Origin: Thermodesulfobacteriota bacterium
Lineage (GTDB): Bacteria; Desulfobacterota_D; UBA1144; Nemesobacterales; UBA2774
Length of the DNA: 64,000 bases
Direction: 5' to 3'
NCBI GenBank assembly: GCA_963422265.1
Contig: OY729416.1
Coordinates: 1,056,001-1,120,000 of the forward strand
Shown piece by piece: positions 1-13,130 of this stretch (positions are counted from its first letter, which is position 1; every line of letters begins with the position of its first letter). A program made the position numbers and the translations under genes. The notes under the pieces are model-generated. The model did not search any database. It had not been told where the DNA came from and saw only the letters and a list, made by a program, of their open reading frames with translations.

Positions 1-762
1 GCAGGACGACTTCACGTTGACGATGAGTTAATGAATGAGCTTAAAGACATAAAGGCTCTGGTTAATCCTCACCAGGTGTTACTAGTGGCGGACGCAATGA
101 CCGGTCAGGACGCCGTCAACGTCTCCTCAAGCTTTAACGAAGCCATAGAAATAAACGGAGTAGTCTTAACCAAGATGGACGGTGATGCAAGGGGCGGGGC
201 GGCGCTATCAATCAAAGCCGTAACCGGGAAACCGATCAAGTTCTTTGGCACGGGAGAAAAGCTTGAAGCCCTTGAAGTCTTTTACCCTGATAGGATTGCG
301 TCTCGCATCTTGGGCATGGGCGACGTCCTTACGTTTATAGAAAAGGCTCAAGCCGCCTTTGAAGATAAAAAAGCTGAGGAGATGGCTAAAAAGTTCCTCA
401 AAAAGCAATTTTCCCTAGCAGACTTTAGGGAAGCGATGCTGACGATGAATAAGGTAGGCTCACTTGAAAGTATGTCTCAAATGCTTCCGGGCATGAAGCA
501 GATAGCTAATAATCCAAAAGCTATGGAGACGGCTGAAAGGGAACTTAAAAAGACGTTAGCCATAATCAATTCTATGACGCCTAAGGAAAGGCTTAATCAT
601 ACAATCCTTAATGGAAAGAGGAGAAAAAGAATCGCCAAGGGAAGCGGAACTAGCGTGCAAGACATAAATAGAATGATAAAAAACTACATGCAGATGAGAA
701 ACATGATGAAAAACATGGGGGGAATGGGTAAGATAGCTAAAAGAATGATGAAGGCAATGTAG
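1..762 (+). CDS. ffh: Signal recognition particle protein Ffh (5' truncated by window edge)
   Basis: Frame open from base 1 (AGRLHVDDELM); DAMTGQDA, TKMDGDARGGAALS, RILGMGD motifs and Met-rich M domain. Confidence 0.97.
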   Translation, partial: AGRLHVDDELMNELKDIKALVNPHQVLLVADAMTGQDAVNVSSSFNEAIEINGVVLTKMDGDARGGAALSIKAVTGKPIKFFGTGEKLEALEVFYPDRIASRILGMGDVLTFIEKAQAAFEDKKAEEMAKKFLKKQFSLADFREAMLTMNKVGSLESMSQMLPGMKQIANNPKAMETAERELKKTLAIINSMTPKERLNHTILNGKRRKRIAKGSGTSVQDINRMIKNYMQMRNMMKNMGGMGKIAKRMMKAM

Positions 763-831
763 CGCATATAATCGCGTCAGTAACTGAAAATAGGTAAGGC
801 AAAATAAGCATAAACAAGGAGGCGTCAATAG

Positions 832-1080
832 TTGGTAAAAATAAGGCTTACGAGAATCGGTTCGAAGAAGAGACCATTTTACAGGATTGTGGCAGCCGAC
901 TCGCGCTCGCCCCGCGACGGAAAGTTTCTTGAGATACTGGGATACTATGACCCCCGCAGGAAACCACACGTCCTAGAAGTCAACACCGACAGGGTGCAGG
1001 ATTGGCTTCAGAAAGGAGCACAAACAAGCGAAAGAGTTGGGAAGCTAATTTCATCTCTCAAACCAAATGAATTGAGCTAA
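832..1080 (+). CDS. rpsP: 30S ribosomal protein S16
   Basis: [32 protein letters not shown] start after AGGAGG. Confidence 0.97.
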   Translation: MVKIRLTRIGSKKRPFYRIVAADSRSPRDGKFLEILGYYDPRRKPHVLEVNTDRVQDWLQKGAQTSERVGKLISSLKPNELS

Positions 1081-1175
1081 AATGGGTTAAAGGTCTCACA
1101 ACACAAGTAAGTGATAGCGAACAAAACAGGAAGGCGTCAGACCACAACAAATTGTCAGACAGGGAGGTATCAGAC

Positions 1176-1418
1176 ATGGAACAGCTAAAGGAGCTTGTAA
1201 CCTATATCGCTAAGGCTTTAGTAGATAATCCGGATAAAGTGGAGGTTCACGAAATCGCGGGTGAACAGACGTCGGTAATTGAACTAAGGGTTGAACAAAG
1301 CGACCTAGGTAAAATTATTGGCAAACAGGGGAAAACCGCCAGGGCGATTAGAACAATTCTGGGCGCGGCGGCTTCTAAGATGAAGAAAAGAGCCGTCTTG
1401 GAAATCCTCGAGGATTAG
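1176..1418 (+). CDS. khpA: KH-domain RNA-binding protein KhpA
   Basis: [20 protein letters not shown] motif; between rpsP and rimM; ATG at 1176 after GGAGG. Confidence 0.92.
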   Translation: MEQLKELVTYIAKALVDNPDKVEVHEIAGEQTSVIELRVEQSDLGKIIGKQGKTARAIRTILGAAASKMKKRAVLEILED

Positions 1419-1437
1419 GCGTTCCTATCGTAGAGAT

Positions 1438-1947
1438 ATGGGGTTAATTCGTTATGGGACGATTGTCAAGCTACACGGGCTTTCTGGAGAGGTAAAGTTG
1501 CTACCGCTTAGCCATAGCTTAGATAATATCGCAAGGCTGGAAAGAATTTTTATAGAAAGCGCCCCGGGTGAGAAAGCCCAAGAGTTTCGCATTGTCCGAG
1601 CAAGAATCCAAAAAGATTGGGCAATAGTAAAGCTAAAAGGAGTTGAATCACCAAATCGGGCTGAGAAGCTAAAAGGAGCGGTGGCTTACGTAGAAGCTTC
1701 TGAACTGACGGAGCTAGAGAACGATGAATATTACTGGTTTGAGCTGATAGGCCTTGAGGTATATACCGAGAATGGACGTTACATAGGAAAAGTTGAAAAT
1801 TTAATTGAAAGAGCGTTACAAAGCCTGCTAATAGTAAAAAACGAAGAACAAGAAACTTTAATCCCCTTAACCGAGCCTTTCATTAAAACTATAAACCTTG
1901 AAGAGTCAAAAATAATAATCTCTCCGATTCAAGGACTTCTCGAGTAA
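1438..1947 (+). CDS. rimM: 16S rRNA processing protein RimM
   Basis: G.IVKLHGLSGEVK and EYYWFELIGLEV motifs; operon position. Confidence 0.93.
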   Translation: MGLIRYGTIVKLHGLSGEVKLLPLSHSLDNIARLERIFIESAPGEKAQEFRIVRARIQKDWAIVKLKGVESPNRAEKLKGAVAYVEASELTELENDEYYWFELIGLEVYTENGRYIGKVENLIERALQSLLIVKNEEQETLIPLTEPFIKTINLEESKIIISPIQGLLE

Positions 1948-2171
1948 AAGAATAAATCCACAGACTACTTAGATGAATGCAAATGACTATATTCACCATA
2001 TTGAATCAAGCCTGTACTGAACTCGTTTAAGGAATTAAGCATTCAGCACAAGTTTTCAACCAATGAGGGAAATCAATTCTGTTAGCAAAGTGAAGGAACA
2101 ATCTGGATCCCTCAGCTACCTACTAGATGAAATCCCGTCCTGATAGGAGAAGAGAAAAAGCGAGCAATAGT

Positions 2172-3473
2172 ATGAGATATGATATTCTGACGATTTTTCC
2201 GGACTTCTTTGAATCAATCTTCTCGTTTGGAATGATTAAGAAGGCTCAAGAGAAAGGCATAATAAAAATTAACGCGCACGACGTAAGAGACTTTTCCACA
2301 GATAAGCACCGAACCGTTGACGATGCCCCTTACGGAGGCGGGGGTGGAATGTTGATGAAACCCGAACCTATAGGCGCGGCGATAGAGACAATACGAGGTT
2401 ACGATACAAAATCCCTAGTTATTCTTACAACGCCTGCTGGAGAAAAATTCTCGGACCGTATTGCCAGAGAACTTGCCGAATACGAACAGCTTGTAGTTAT
2501 CTGCGGAAGGTATGAAGGAATTGACGAGAGGGTCAGTCAACTGTACGTGGACAGGCAAATCTCAATAGGCGACTACGTGCTCACGGGGGGCGAATACGCC
2601 GCAAGCATAATAATTGACGGCGTTTCAAGGTTTATACCTGGAGTCTTAGGGAATGAATCATCCTCCGAAAACGACTCGTTCAAAGGGGGACTATTAGAAT
2701 ATCCCCAATACACGAGACCCGAAACCTACATGGGAGAGAAGGTCCCCGAAGTCCTTATATCTGGAAATCATAAAGAGATAGTGGAATGGAGAAGGGCGAA
2801 GAGCCTTGAAAAAACCTTTAGAAAAAGACCTGACCTGATAGACAGGGTAAAACTCGGCGCCGAGGACCTAAGGCTAGTAAAGGGACTAAAAAAAGCTAAT
2901 TCGCCTTATCTCAAAACGTATATTGCACTAGTTCATTACCCAGTATATAATAAAAAGTTAAAAATAGTTACGACCGCGTTTACTAATTTAGACTTGCACG
3001 ACATAGCTAGAGCGGGCGCTACGTATGGTATAAGGAAGTTTTACCTAGCACAGCCAAATCCCGAACAGCAAGAGTTAGCCAACCGCGTCCTAAGGCACTG
3101 GTCAGAGGAGGAAGCAGCTTTATTTAATAAGTCGAGAGCTGAAGCCCTTGGTATCGTAGAGATCAGAAGTTCAGTTGAGGAAATTATAGACGATATTGAG
3201 AGAATGGAAAACAAGCGTCCCAAGCTAATAGTAACGGACGCCAGAGCAAAAGAGGGCATGAGCGGGTACAGTGAGCTAAGAGACATCATGTTTTCAAGCG
3301 GTGAGCAACCTTATCTAATTTTGTTCGGAACCGGCTGGGGTTTATCAGAAGAAATTATGGAGAGTGCGGATTACTCCCTGAAACCCGTAAGCGGCTATAC
3401 GGACTATAATCACCTTTCGGTTAGAAGTGCAGCGGCTATTATTCTTGATAGATTATTTTCATGTAAAATATAG
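2172..3473 (+). CDS. trmD: tRNA (guanine-N1)-methyltransferase TrmD fused to a C-terminal second SPOUT methyltransferase (DUF2168/TM1570-like)
   Basis: [36 protein letters not shown]-terminal IALVHYPV...[10 protein letters not shown]...FGTGWGL...[17 protein letters not shown]. Confidence 0.93.
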   Translation: MRYDILTIFPDFFESIFSFGMIKKAQEKGIIKINAHDVRDFSTDKHRTVDDAPYGGGGGMLMKPEPIGAAIETIRGYDTKSLVILTTPAGEKFSDRIARELAEYEQLVVICGRYEGIDERVSQLYVDRQISIGDYVLTGGEYAASIIIDGVSRFIPGVLGNESSSENDSFKGGLLEYPQYTRPETYMGEKVPEVLISGNHKEIVEWRRAKSLEKTFRKRPDLIDRVKLGAEDLRLVKGLKKANSPYLKTYIALVHYPVYNKKLKIVTTAFTNLDLHDIARAGATYGIRKFYLAQPNPEQQELANRVLRHWSEEEAALFNKSRAEALGIVEIRSSVEEIIDDIERMENKRPKLIVTDARAKEGMSGYSELRDIMFSSGEQPYLILFGTGWGLSEEIMESADYSLKPVSGYTDYNHLSVRSAAAIILDRLFSCKI

Positions 3474-3489
3474 GCGTAGGAGAATTCAA

Positions 3490-3863
3490 ATGAGCGTTAT
3501 AAGAGAGCTAGAAAAAACTATAATGAGGCAAGATTTATCTGAATTCCGGGCGGGCGACACTGTTGCCGTCCACTACAAAATTAAAGAGGGCAACAGGGAA
3601 AGAATACAAATATTCGAGGGCATCGTCATTGCGAAAAAAGGGGGTGGAGCTAGAGAGACTTTTCTCGTTAGAAAGGTCTCATACGGGGTCGGCGTCGAGA
3701 GAATATTCCCCCTTCACTCACCACTCATGACAAAATTGAAGTAAAAAGACTGGGTAAAGTAAGAAGGGCTAAACTTTATTATCTCAGGGGACGTTCAAAG
3801 AAAGCCAGCAGAATTAAAGAGAGAGCAAGGTCAGGAAATGCCAAGGCGAAATCCAGGCAATAA
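3490..3863 (+). CDS. rplS: 50S ribosomal protein L19 with a 1-nt deletion near 3728 (probably sequencing error)
   Basis: [13 protein letters not shown] in the first frame; [20 protein letters not shown] continues in the shifted frame to TAA 3861-3863. Confidence 0.9.
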
Positions 3864-3880
3864 AGGCTTTTTTTCATTCC

Positions 3881-4085
3881 CCATCATTCCTGCGAAAGCA
3901 GGAATCTAGAAGGAAGACTCTCGTTCCCCCTTCCTCTATCAAATCTCCCTATATCCTCCTTTTTCAAAGGGGGAGTATGTAGAGAAGGATTATCATCCTC
4001 CTATCCCATTTCTGGATTCCCGCTCGGGGGCGGGAATGATGGAAAGCACCCTCACCCTTGCCCTGAGGGGAAAAGACGGGATTTC
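3881..4085. repeat. 205-bp palindrome-rich repeat, copy 1 (REP/MITE-like)
   Basis: 202/205 identical to 4272-4476 by manual comparison; ends CCATCATTCCTGCGAAAGCAGGAATCTAGA and TCTGGATTCCCGCTCGGGGGCGGGAATGATGG are mutually inverted. Confidence 0.9.
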
Positions 4086-4271
4086 ACAGTTGCGCTTCGC
4101 CCCCCCCCCAGTGGGTTTCAGAGAGTTAGGAAGGATATTCCCCTCCTTTTGTAAAGGAGGGTTAGGGTGGATTTTCTTTTTACCCGTAGAGGCGGTTGCC
4201 CACCCTAAGGTAAAGATAAGGGTAACTACAAGGGTGACCCTACAAAATGATGGGGTGGAAATGAGTGGAAA

Positions 4272-4476
4272 CCATCATTCCTGCGAAAGCAGGAATCTAG
4301 AAGGAAGACTCTCGTTCCCCCTTCCTCTATCAAATCCCCCTATATCCTCCTTTTTCAAAGGGGGAGTATGTAGAGAAGGATTCTCATCCTCCTATCCCAT
4401 TTCTGGATTCCCGCTCGGGGGCGGGAATGATGGAAAGCACCCTCACCCTTACCCTGAGGGGAAAAGACGGGATTTC
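4272..4476. repeat. 205-bp palindrome-rich repeat, copy 2
   Basis: Direct repeat of 3881-4085 with three substitutions. Confidence 0.9.
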
Positions 4477-4658
4477 TCTATAGTAATGACGTATGTAGCG
4501 CAAACCCTTGTGGGAATGCCCCGAGGAACTGGTAAGAGTTCGGTTTGAAATGACAAAAGAGGGATTCTTGTATGGGTCAGGCTTTCGGACGAGCCATCTG
4601 GGAAGCGGGCGAATAAACGCTAATGAGATTCTGAAACAATTTTAGAATGGCGCCTGCC

Positions 4659-4925
4659 CTAACTTTCTACAACCTCTTCAGTAAGGACATTGACTTTATC
4701 ATCCCTGACGTCAGCCAGACCACCTTGAACTATGATTCTCGTTTCCGCCCCACCCTTTTTGTATCTAAGTTCGCCGTCCATGAGAGTAGTAATGAAAGGT
4801 GCGTGCCCAGGCAGAACGCCGAATTCCCCTGCCTCGCCGGGAGCGACAACCTCTTCTACCTGCTCATCTACAACGAGTTTAAAAGGAGTAATTACCTTTA
4901 GATGAATTGCATCCGCCAACTCCAT
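4659..4925 (-). CDS. atpC: ATP synthase F1 epsilon subunit (short, N-terminal domain only)
   Basis: LKVITP...PGEAGEFGVLPGHAPFIT; last gene of the atp operon. Confidence 0.93.
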   Translation of the reverse strand: MELADAIHLKVITPFKLVVDEQVEEVVAPGEAGEFGVLPGHAPFITTLMDGELRYKKGGAETRIIVQGGLADVRDDKVNVLTEEVVES

Positions 4926-4999
4926 TACCTCCTCTGCACATTACAAAACCTCAAGCGCCGTTATCCATAAGTTTTCACGGGCGGCGGTCTCTAGCGCAT

Positions 5000-7316
<2,317 letters not shown>

Positions 7317-7348
7317 AAGTTGCTCTTCCGTCTACTGGGAGAATTGAC

Positions 7349-8863
7349 TCAGAAATCGCCCAATTGACTCTTAAGTTCATCAAGAGCTTTGGTGACGCTT
7401 GCCCTAAGCTCATCTGAAATCTGTTTTTGAGTTCTAATCACATCCAGCAGGCTCGCATACTTTGATTCAAAAAATGAATAAAGCTCTTTCTCATATTTCT
7501 TTACCGATTCTACAGAGTAGTCATCCACGTAGCCGTTCGTAACTGCGAATATAATCAGCACCTGTTTCTCAACCGCAAGCGGCTCGTACTGACCCTGCTT
7601 AAGGGCTTCTACTAATCTGCTCCCACGAGCGAGCTGAGCCTGGGTCGCCTTGTCAAGGTCTGAAGCAAACTGTGAGAAAGCCTCGACCTCTCTATACTGC
7701 GCAAGCTCAAGCCTTAACGTTCCAGCAACGCTCTTCATCGCCTTTATCTGCGCGGAACCGCCAACCCTTGATACAGAAAGTCCAACGTTAATAGCGGGAC
7801 GGACACCAGAGTAAAAGAGATCGCTCTCAAGGTATATCTGACCATCCGTAATTGAAATCACATTTGTAGGAATGTAGGCGGATACGTCTCCTGCCTGAGT
7901 TTCTATAATAGGCAGTGCCGTAAGAGAACCCCCTCCATCCTCGTCCCTCATTTTAGCGGCGCGCTCAAGCAGTCTCGAGTGAAGATAGAAAACGTCTCCG
8001 GGATAAGCCTCACGTCCGGGTGGTCTTCTGAGAAGCAAAGAAAGCTGTCTGTAAGCCCATGCGTGTTTTGTAAGATCGTCATAAATAACGAGAGCGTGCC
8101 TTCCCGTATCGCGAAAATGCTCTCCAAGGGCGCATCCAGCATAAGGAGCGATAAACTGAAACGGCGCCGGATCGCTTGCGGTAGCGGCGACTACCGTCGT
8201 ATATTCCATAGCTCCGTGCTCTTTTAATTTATCAACAACCTGTGCCACGGTTGACTGCTTTTGCCCTATCGCAACGTAAATACAGTAAACGTCCTCTTCC
8301 TTTTGGTTAATTATAGTATCCACCGCTATCGCCGTCTTGCCAATCTGACGGTCGCCGAGTATGAGCTCTCTTTGCCCTCTACCTATCGGGATCATGGTGT
8401 CAATAGACTTAATACCCGTCTGAAGAGGCTCGCTAACCGACTGCCTATAAACGACACCCGGAGCCTTAAGCTCAATCAATCTCGCCTCAGAGGTCTCGAT
8501 CTCTCCCTTTCCGTCAATTGGCTGTCCGAGAGCATTCACGACGCGACCCTTCATTACGTCGCCCACGGGAACCTCAGCGATTTTATCGGTTCTTTTTACG
8601 AGATCACCTTCCTGAACCTCGGTATCTTCTCCGAATAAGGCGATACCCACGTTATCCTCTTCCAGATTGAGCACAAGCCCCATTATACCACTTGCGAATT
8701 CAACCAACTCCCCTGCCATTGCACGGTCGAGCCCATAGGCGCGAGCCACTCCATCACCGATCGAAATAACGGTGCCTACTTCTGACGTCTCTATCTTGGT
8801 CTCGTACCCTTTAATCCTGTTTCTTAGTATTTCCCCTATTTGCTCTATCTTAGCTTCCTGCAT
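7349..8863 (-). CDS. atpA: ATP synthase F1 alpha subunit
   Basis: [31 protein letters not shown]. Confidence 0.99.
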   Translation of the reverse strand: MQEAKIEQIGEILRNRIKGYETKIETSEVGTVISIGDGVARAYGLDRAMAGELVEFASGIMGLVLNLEEDNVGIALFGEDTEVQEGDLVKRTDKIAEVPVGDVMKGRVVNALGQPIDGKGEIETSEARLIELKAPGVVYRQSVSEPLQTGIKSIDTMIPIGRGQRELILGDRQIGKTAIAVDTIINQKEEDVYCIYVAIGQKQSTVAQVVDKLKEHGAMEYTTVVAATASDPAPFQFIAPYAGCALGEHFRDTGRHALVIYDDLTKHAWAYRQLSLLLRRPPGREAYPGDVFYLHSRLLERAAKMRDEDGGGSLTALPIIETQAGDVSAYIPTNVISITDGQIYLESDLFYSGVRPAINVGLSVSRVGGSAQIKAMKSVAGTLRLELAQYREVEAFSQFASDLDKATQAQLARGSRLVEALKQGQYEPLAVEKQVLIIFAVTNGYVDDYSVESVKKYEKELYSFFESKYASLLDVIRTQKQISDELRASVTKALDELKSQLGDF

Positions 8864-8921
8864 ATTTAACGCTCCTTGACATTATTGAATAACAAGCCTT
8901 TATTCGGACACACAGGCTTGA

Positions 8922-9464
8922 CTAGGATTGAGAAAGGACGCTCCTTATTCTTTCGAGCTGGAACTTAATACTACCGTCAAATACTTTATCTTCAACCTTT
9001 ACAATAACTCCGCCGATTATATCCGGAGCGACCCTTGATTCTATTTCTACGTTACGTCCCATTACTTGGGTTAATTTCTCTTTAATGTCCGATAAGTCTT
9101 CTTCCGAAGCCTGCGTCGCCGTAACAACCTCCGCCCTAAGCCTCCCTGACGCTTTTATCAGCTTGTGAATAAACGTCCTCTCAGATAGAATAAGGGCTTT
9201 GAACTTGTTAAGCTCAAGAGCCAGAGTCAAAAAGTTTAGCACTAGTGAGTCGTATCCTTGCCGTCTGCATACGTCAGCGGTGATGCCCGTTCTCTCAGGG
9301 AGCCTAAAAGTTGAACTACAAAGTATTTTTCTCACCTCTTCGTTATCAGAAACAAGGGAAAAGAATCCTTCCATATCGGACGTCACCTTATCAAGCTTGC
9401 CCTCTTGCCTAGCACTCTGGATTAGCGCTTCTGTAAGATCCCTTAGCGTTGCGATCGATCCCAT
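8922..9464 (-). CDS. atpH: ATP synthase F1 delta subunit
   Basis: C-terminal PDIIGGVIVKVEDKVFDGSIK; position upstream of atpA. Confidence 0.9.
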   Translation of the reverse strand: MGSIATLRDLTEALIQSARQEGKLDKVTSDMEGFFSLVSDNEEVRKILCSSTFRLPERTGITADVCRRQGYDSLVLNFLTLALELNKFKALILSERTFIHKLIKASGRLRAEVVTATQASEEDLSDIKEKLTQVMGRNVEIESRVAPDIIGGVIVKVEDKVFDGSIKFQLERIRSVLSQS

Positions 9465-10003
9465 TTCTCTCCCTCTAGTTCTAAACTAGCGGTGAACTCA
9501 CGTATGAACCTTCGCTCATCGGATTTATCTAACCTTTGTCTAATTAAACCCTCGGCGTGCAGAAGCACCTGGGCAAGCGCTTTTGATTGGATTTCTCGTC
9601 TCGCCCTGCTCATTTGAAGCTCTATTGCCTCTATAGCTTCCTTCTTTATGTTTTGAGACGCCGCTTCTGCCTGTCTTATTATCTCCCGCCTCTCAGCCTG
9701 ACCCTGCTCACGTATAGCTTCTTTCAGCAAACTAACCTCATCTTCTATAGACTCTAATTTCTGAGCGTATTCCCCATACTTATTTTTAGCCTCAGCGATT
9801 CGCCTCTGAGCCTCGTCTATCTCATTCCCTATCTTAGTTCGCCTTTGAACCACAAACTTCCTTACAGGTGTCCTTAGGAAATAAACGAGAACGCCAAGAA
9901 GAATAAAAAGGTTTAACGCATACTCTAATACGAATCGCCAATTAAAAGTGCCGCCATCACTAGCACCTGTAATTATTAGATTTAACGCTTCTAAGCCTAC
10001 CAA
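9443..10003 (-). CDS. atpF: ATP synthase F0 subunit b
   Basis: N-terminal TM helix (LNLFILLGVLVYFL) followed by coiled coil; operon position. Confidence 0.88.
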   Translation of the reverse strand: MVGLEALNLIITGASDGGTFNWRFVLEYALNLFILLGVLVYFLRTPVRKFVVQRRTKIGNEIDEAQRRIAEAKNKYGEYAQKLESIEDEVSLLKEAIREQGQAERREIIRQAEAASQNIKKEAIEAIELQMSRARREIQSKALAQVLLHAEGLIRQRLDKSDERRFIREFTASLELEGEKWDRSQR

Positions 10004-10518
10004 CTACCGTTTACCTCCCTGCCTAACACCTTAGAAGCCACGTCTTTTGCCAGAACTTCCACGTCAGAGTCAATCCTCTTCTTTATCTCTTCTGTCTCAG
10101 CTTTGAGCCTACTCTTGGCATCCTCAAGCAAACTAGCCGTCTCCTCTCTTGCCCTCGTCGTTAACCCGTTAGCTATAGCTTCCCCGTCCCTCACCAGATT
10201 GTTTCTTTCTTCGGTCGCCTGCTCTCTCGCTTTGGCTAACCTCGCCTCATAGGCCTCTATTATATTTCTAACCTTCTCGTCAAGCTCCCGAGCCTCTTGT
10301 AACGCGCCTTCCGTGAGCTTTTCCCTCCTGTCTATCACATCCATAAAAGGCCTAAAAACAAGCTTATTTAAGATAAATATAGCAGCTATGAAAATTATGA
10401 CTTGAATGAATACAGTTTTATCTACGCTTAGTATATCTTCCGAAGCGGCAAGGGCATTTGAGCCACTTATCGTAAGCGAACCTAATAGTATAGCAATAAA
10501 CCTTGTATATCTAAGCAT
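9997..10518 (-). CDS. ATP synthase F0 subunit b'
   Basis: DKTVFIQVIIFIAAIFILNKLVFRPF TM segment plus coiled coil; second b paralog. Confidence 0.85.
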   Translation of the reverse strand: MLRYTRFIAILLGSLTISGSNALAASEDILSVDKTVFIQVIIFIAAIFILNKLVFRPFMDVIDRREKLTEGALQEARELDEKVRNIIEAYEARLAKAREQATEERNNLVRDGEAIANGLTTRAREETASLLEDAKSRLKAETEEIKKRIDSDVEVLAKDVASKVLGREVNGSW

Positions 10519-10552
10519 GACGAGAATTCTCTACTTTCCCTCTCAATGATGA

Positions 10553-11836
10553 CTATAAAGACCGTCTAATCATACTCCCATTCTTTGAAAAAGCAATTTT
10601 AAGAAGCGGCGGAGCTATAAACGTAGTTAGCATGACCATTACAGTAATAGCAGAAAACATTTTGGACGTAAAAATCCCATAGCTAAGACCTACTTGAGCG
10701 AAAATCAACCCTACTTCCCCCCTCGGAATCATTCCAAAGCCTATAGCACTTTTGTTAATTCCTTTCTTGAAAACCACCAAGCCACTTACGTATTTACCTA
10801 TTACCGCTAAGATGAATAATACAATCGCAATTGAGAGAATAGGAACGTTCCCACTTATAAAAGGGTTTAATACATTAATATCCACCGCCGCTCCTACCAT
10901 TATGAAGAATATTGGCGTAAAAACGTCCGAGACGGGTTTAATTTTTTCCTCTATAGACTTAGCCTGATGCGTACTTGCCAAAACAAGCCCTGCCGCGAAC
11001 GCCCCCACAATCGGGGCTAAACCTACCAGACTTGCCAGAAATGAAAAGAGTAACGCAAAGGCGAGCATCGATAATAAAAGAACCCCGCGCACACGCATTT
11101 TTTCAACCAGCTTAAAGAGCTTTTTAGAAATCAAGTTTCCGATAACTATCGCAGCGATAAGAAATGCAAAGGATTTAAGAAATATGATTCCCACACTGCC
11201 CGCTGACAAGCTGATACCCGACCCGCCGCTTTGCGACGCCTCAATCAATCCGCTCACAATCCCTAAAATAATAAGGCCTAGGACGTCGTCTATTACAGCA
11301 GCCCCTAAAATGATACGTGCTTCACCACTTTGAAGCTTATTCATATCCGAGAGAACCCTAGCGGTAATTCCCACGCTTGTGGCGGTCAACGTAGCCCCAA
11401 CTGCTATCGCTATCAGAATATTTGCATTAGGGTCAGCGCTTCCAATAAGTCCAAATTCCTCAAAAGCTAGAATGCTCGCAAATCCAAAGGCAAATGGAAC
11501 GACAATGCCTACAATCGCAACTAAAACTGAAGTTGCCCCAACCTTGAGCAAGCTCCTAAGATCAGTTTCAAGCCCGATTTCAAATAACAGTATTGCGACC
11601 CCAACCTCTGCTAAGAGATGAAAAACGTCATACCCCGCCATACCCGGTATAGAGGGGACAATGGCAAGAACGCTCCCACCGAGTATCACCCCCGCAATAA
11701 GCTCTCCTAAGACGGAAGGTTGCTTGACGCGTTCTGCTAATTCCCCGAATATCTTGGAAAAAACGAAGATCAGCACAAGCGCTATAAAAAAGTTTTCAAC
11801 GGTGTAGTGCCCCGCTGCAGCTTTCTCTATACTCAT
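10553..11836 (-). CDS. Cation:proton antiporter (CPA2/NapA-like)
   Basis: Many hydrophobic segments; LLFEIGLE, ATSVGIT, AAVIDD, PRGEV motifs. Confidence 0.88.
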   Translation of the reverse strand: MSIEKAAAGHYTVENFFIALVLIFVFSKIFGELAERVKQPSVLGELIAGVILGGSVLAIVPSIPGMAGYDVFHLLAEVGVAILLFEIGLETDLRSLLKVGATSVLVAIVGIVVPFAFGFASILAFEEFGLIGSADPNANILIAIAVGATLTATSVGITARVLSDMNKLQSGEARIILGAAVIDDVLGLIILGIVSGLIEASQSGGSGISLSAGSVGIIFLKSFAFLIAAIVIGNLISKKLFKLVEKMRVRGVLLLSMLAFALLFSFLASLVGLAPIVGAFAAGLVLASTHQAKSIEEKIKPVSDVFTPIFFIMVGAAVDINVLNPFISGNVPILSIAIVLFILAVIGKYVSGLVVFKKGINKSAIGFGMIPRGEVGLIFAQVGLSYGIFTSKMFSAITVMVMLTTFIAPPLLKIAFSKNGSMIRRSL

Positions 11837-11881
11837 TTGCGGATAAAATTCCTCAGCAGAAGATTTGCTAAAAATCGCAAG

Positions 11882-11910
11882 TATTTAACACGGGATATTA
11901 TCGGTGTCAA
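11882..11910 (-). promoter_or_regulatory. Putative sigma70 promoter for the antiporter and possibly atp genes
   Basis: TTGACA, 16-17 nt, then an imperfect -10 within TGTTAAATA on the minus strand. Confidence 0.4.
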
Positions 11911-12030
11911 ATATATCCACACATTACGCAGATATATCCCCCAGTAATGATGTCTAGTGCATACAATCATACGATACGACCCGATTACCATAATAACGCA
12001 TAAGGTCGGACTTAATTATCTAATCTAACA

Positions 12031-12996
12031 CTAAGACAAGGAGACTGTCTTAGCACCCTTCCGCTTTTCAATTTCAAGATCAAGCTCGGTGCGAACCCCT
12101 ATGGAATGTAAAACCTCATTCGCTTCCTGAAGGCTCTTTGAATTAGATACGGTTCTTGCCAGCTTTGAAAGCTTCTCATAGACGACGGAGGTAGAAAAAT
12201 AATAGGTTACCGTTGATGAGATTGAGGGTTTGACCATCCTAGTTCCGCTCCTTATAGTGCCTTGCTCAAACTCCCCTCTTGCATAACGGACGGGCGCTCT
12301 GCTAGCTTCGGTAGGCACTACGGAAATAAGATCTTCCATAATGGAAAGGGCTTCGCGCGTTATGCCCCAACTGCCTAAGACGCCTTCCTCCCTAGCTAAT
12401 ATCCTTATTGAACGTTCTAGCTCTTCATGGGAAAGCTCCCCGTCGCTCCCAAACCCGAATAGCCCCATAAATGTTGTAATCTGAGCGTCAGCCATTGCTA
12501 TAGCCGCAGTCATTACTGAGTCGGCAAGTGGACTCATAAGGCCAGGTTCATCACCCTGAGCGAGAAAATCACCTCCCACGTCTATGCCAACTACGAGATC
12601 GGCTCCAAGTTTCTCCGCCGCGTTCAAAATACCTTCTGCGATCTTCTTGGGACCACCGTTAATGCCTAAAAGCAACGTCTCTCGCCCCAAAACCTGAGAG
12701 AAACCAGCCTCCGCAAACCTAACCCCTGTGCTCGTAACGGTATCTTTATTAGCGCACCAAACTACTTCATTTAGTTTCCGCGTATTTCTAATCTCCTCAA
12801 AAGACCTGGGCCCGGGCACCGGATCCAAGACCGATCTCTCCCAAGGAAGCCCTGCAAATACGCACTTCACGCCAAACATACTTAGAAGATCATAGGTAGG
12901 AATTGTCCCAACAACGTCCCCTCCTCCCCCGATCCCTATGAGTATAGCTTTACTAGAGCTTTTAATTATGCGCTCAAGCGACGCAGTTCTAGGCAA
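12031..12996 (-). CDS. DUF1152-family protein
   Basis: GIGGGGDV, GIDVGGD and GSDGEL motifs; TTG start inferred (ORF track starts at 13056). Confidence 0.7.
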   Translation of the reverse strand: MPRTASLERIIKSSSKAILIGIGGGGDVVGTIPTYDLLSMFGVKCVFAGLPWERSVLDPVPGPRSFEEIRNTRKLNEVVWCANKDTVTSTGVRFAEAGFSQVLGRETLLLGINGGPKKIAEGILNAAEKLGADLVVGIDVGGDFLAQGDEPGLMSPLADSVMTAAIAMADAQITTFMGLFGFGSDGELSHEELERSIRILAREEGVLGSWGITREALSIMEDLISVVPTEASRAPVRYARGEFEQGTIRSGTRMVKPSISSTVTYYFSTSVVYEKLSKLARTVSNSKSLQEANEVLHSIGVRTELDLEIEKRKGAKTVSLS

Positions 12997-13130
12997 CCAT
13001 TGTCTCCGCAAGGAAAGTTTTCGCTCCGCATATCTCAATGCTGTATATCCAATCAAGTAGAGAATGAATGTATTTCTTCACTCTGAAATCGTTTCAAGGC
13101 CAGAATGGCGAAATTAGGTAATAGCAATAG

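Noticed and set aside
4036-4548. 170-aa ORF between rplS and atpC
   Set aside because: Lies entirely in palindromic repeat DNA and has no protein-like features
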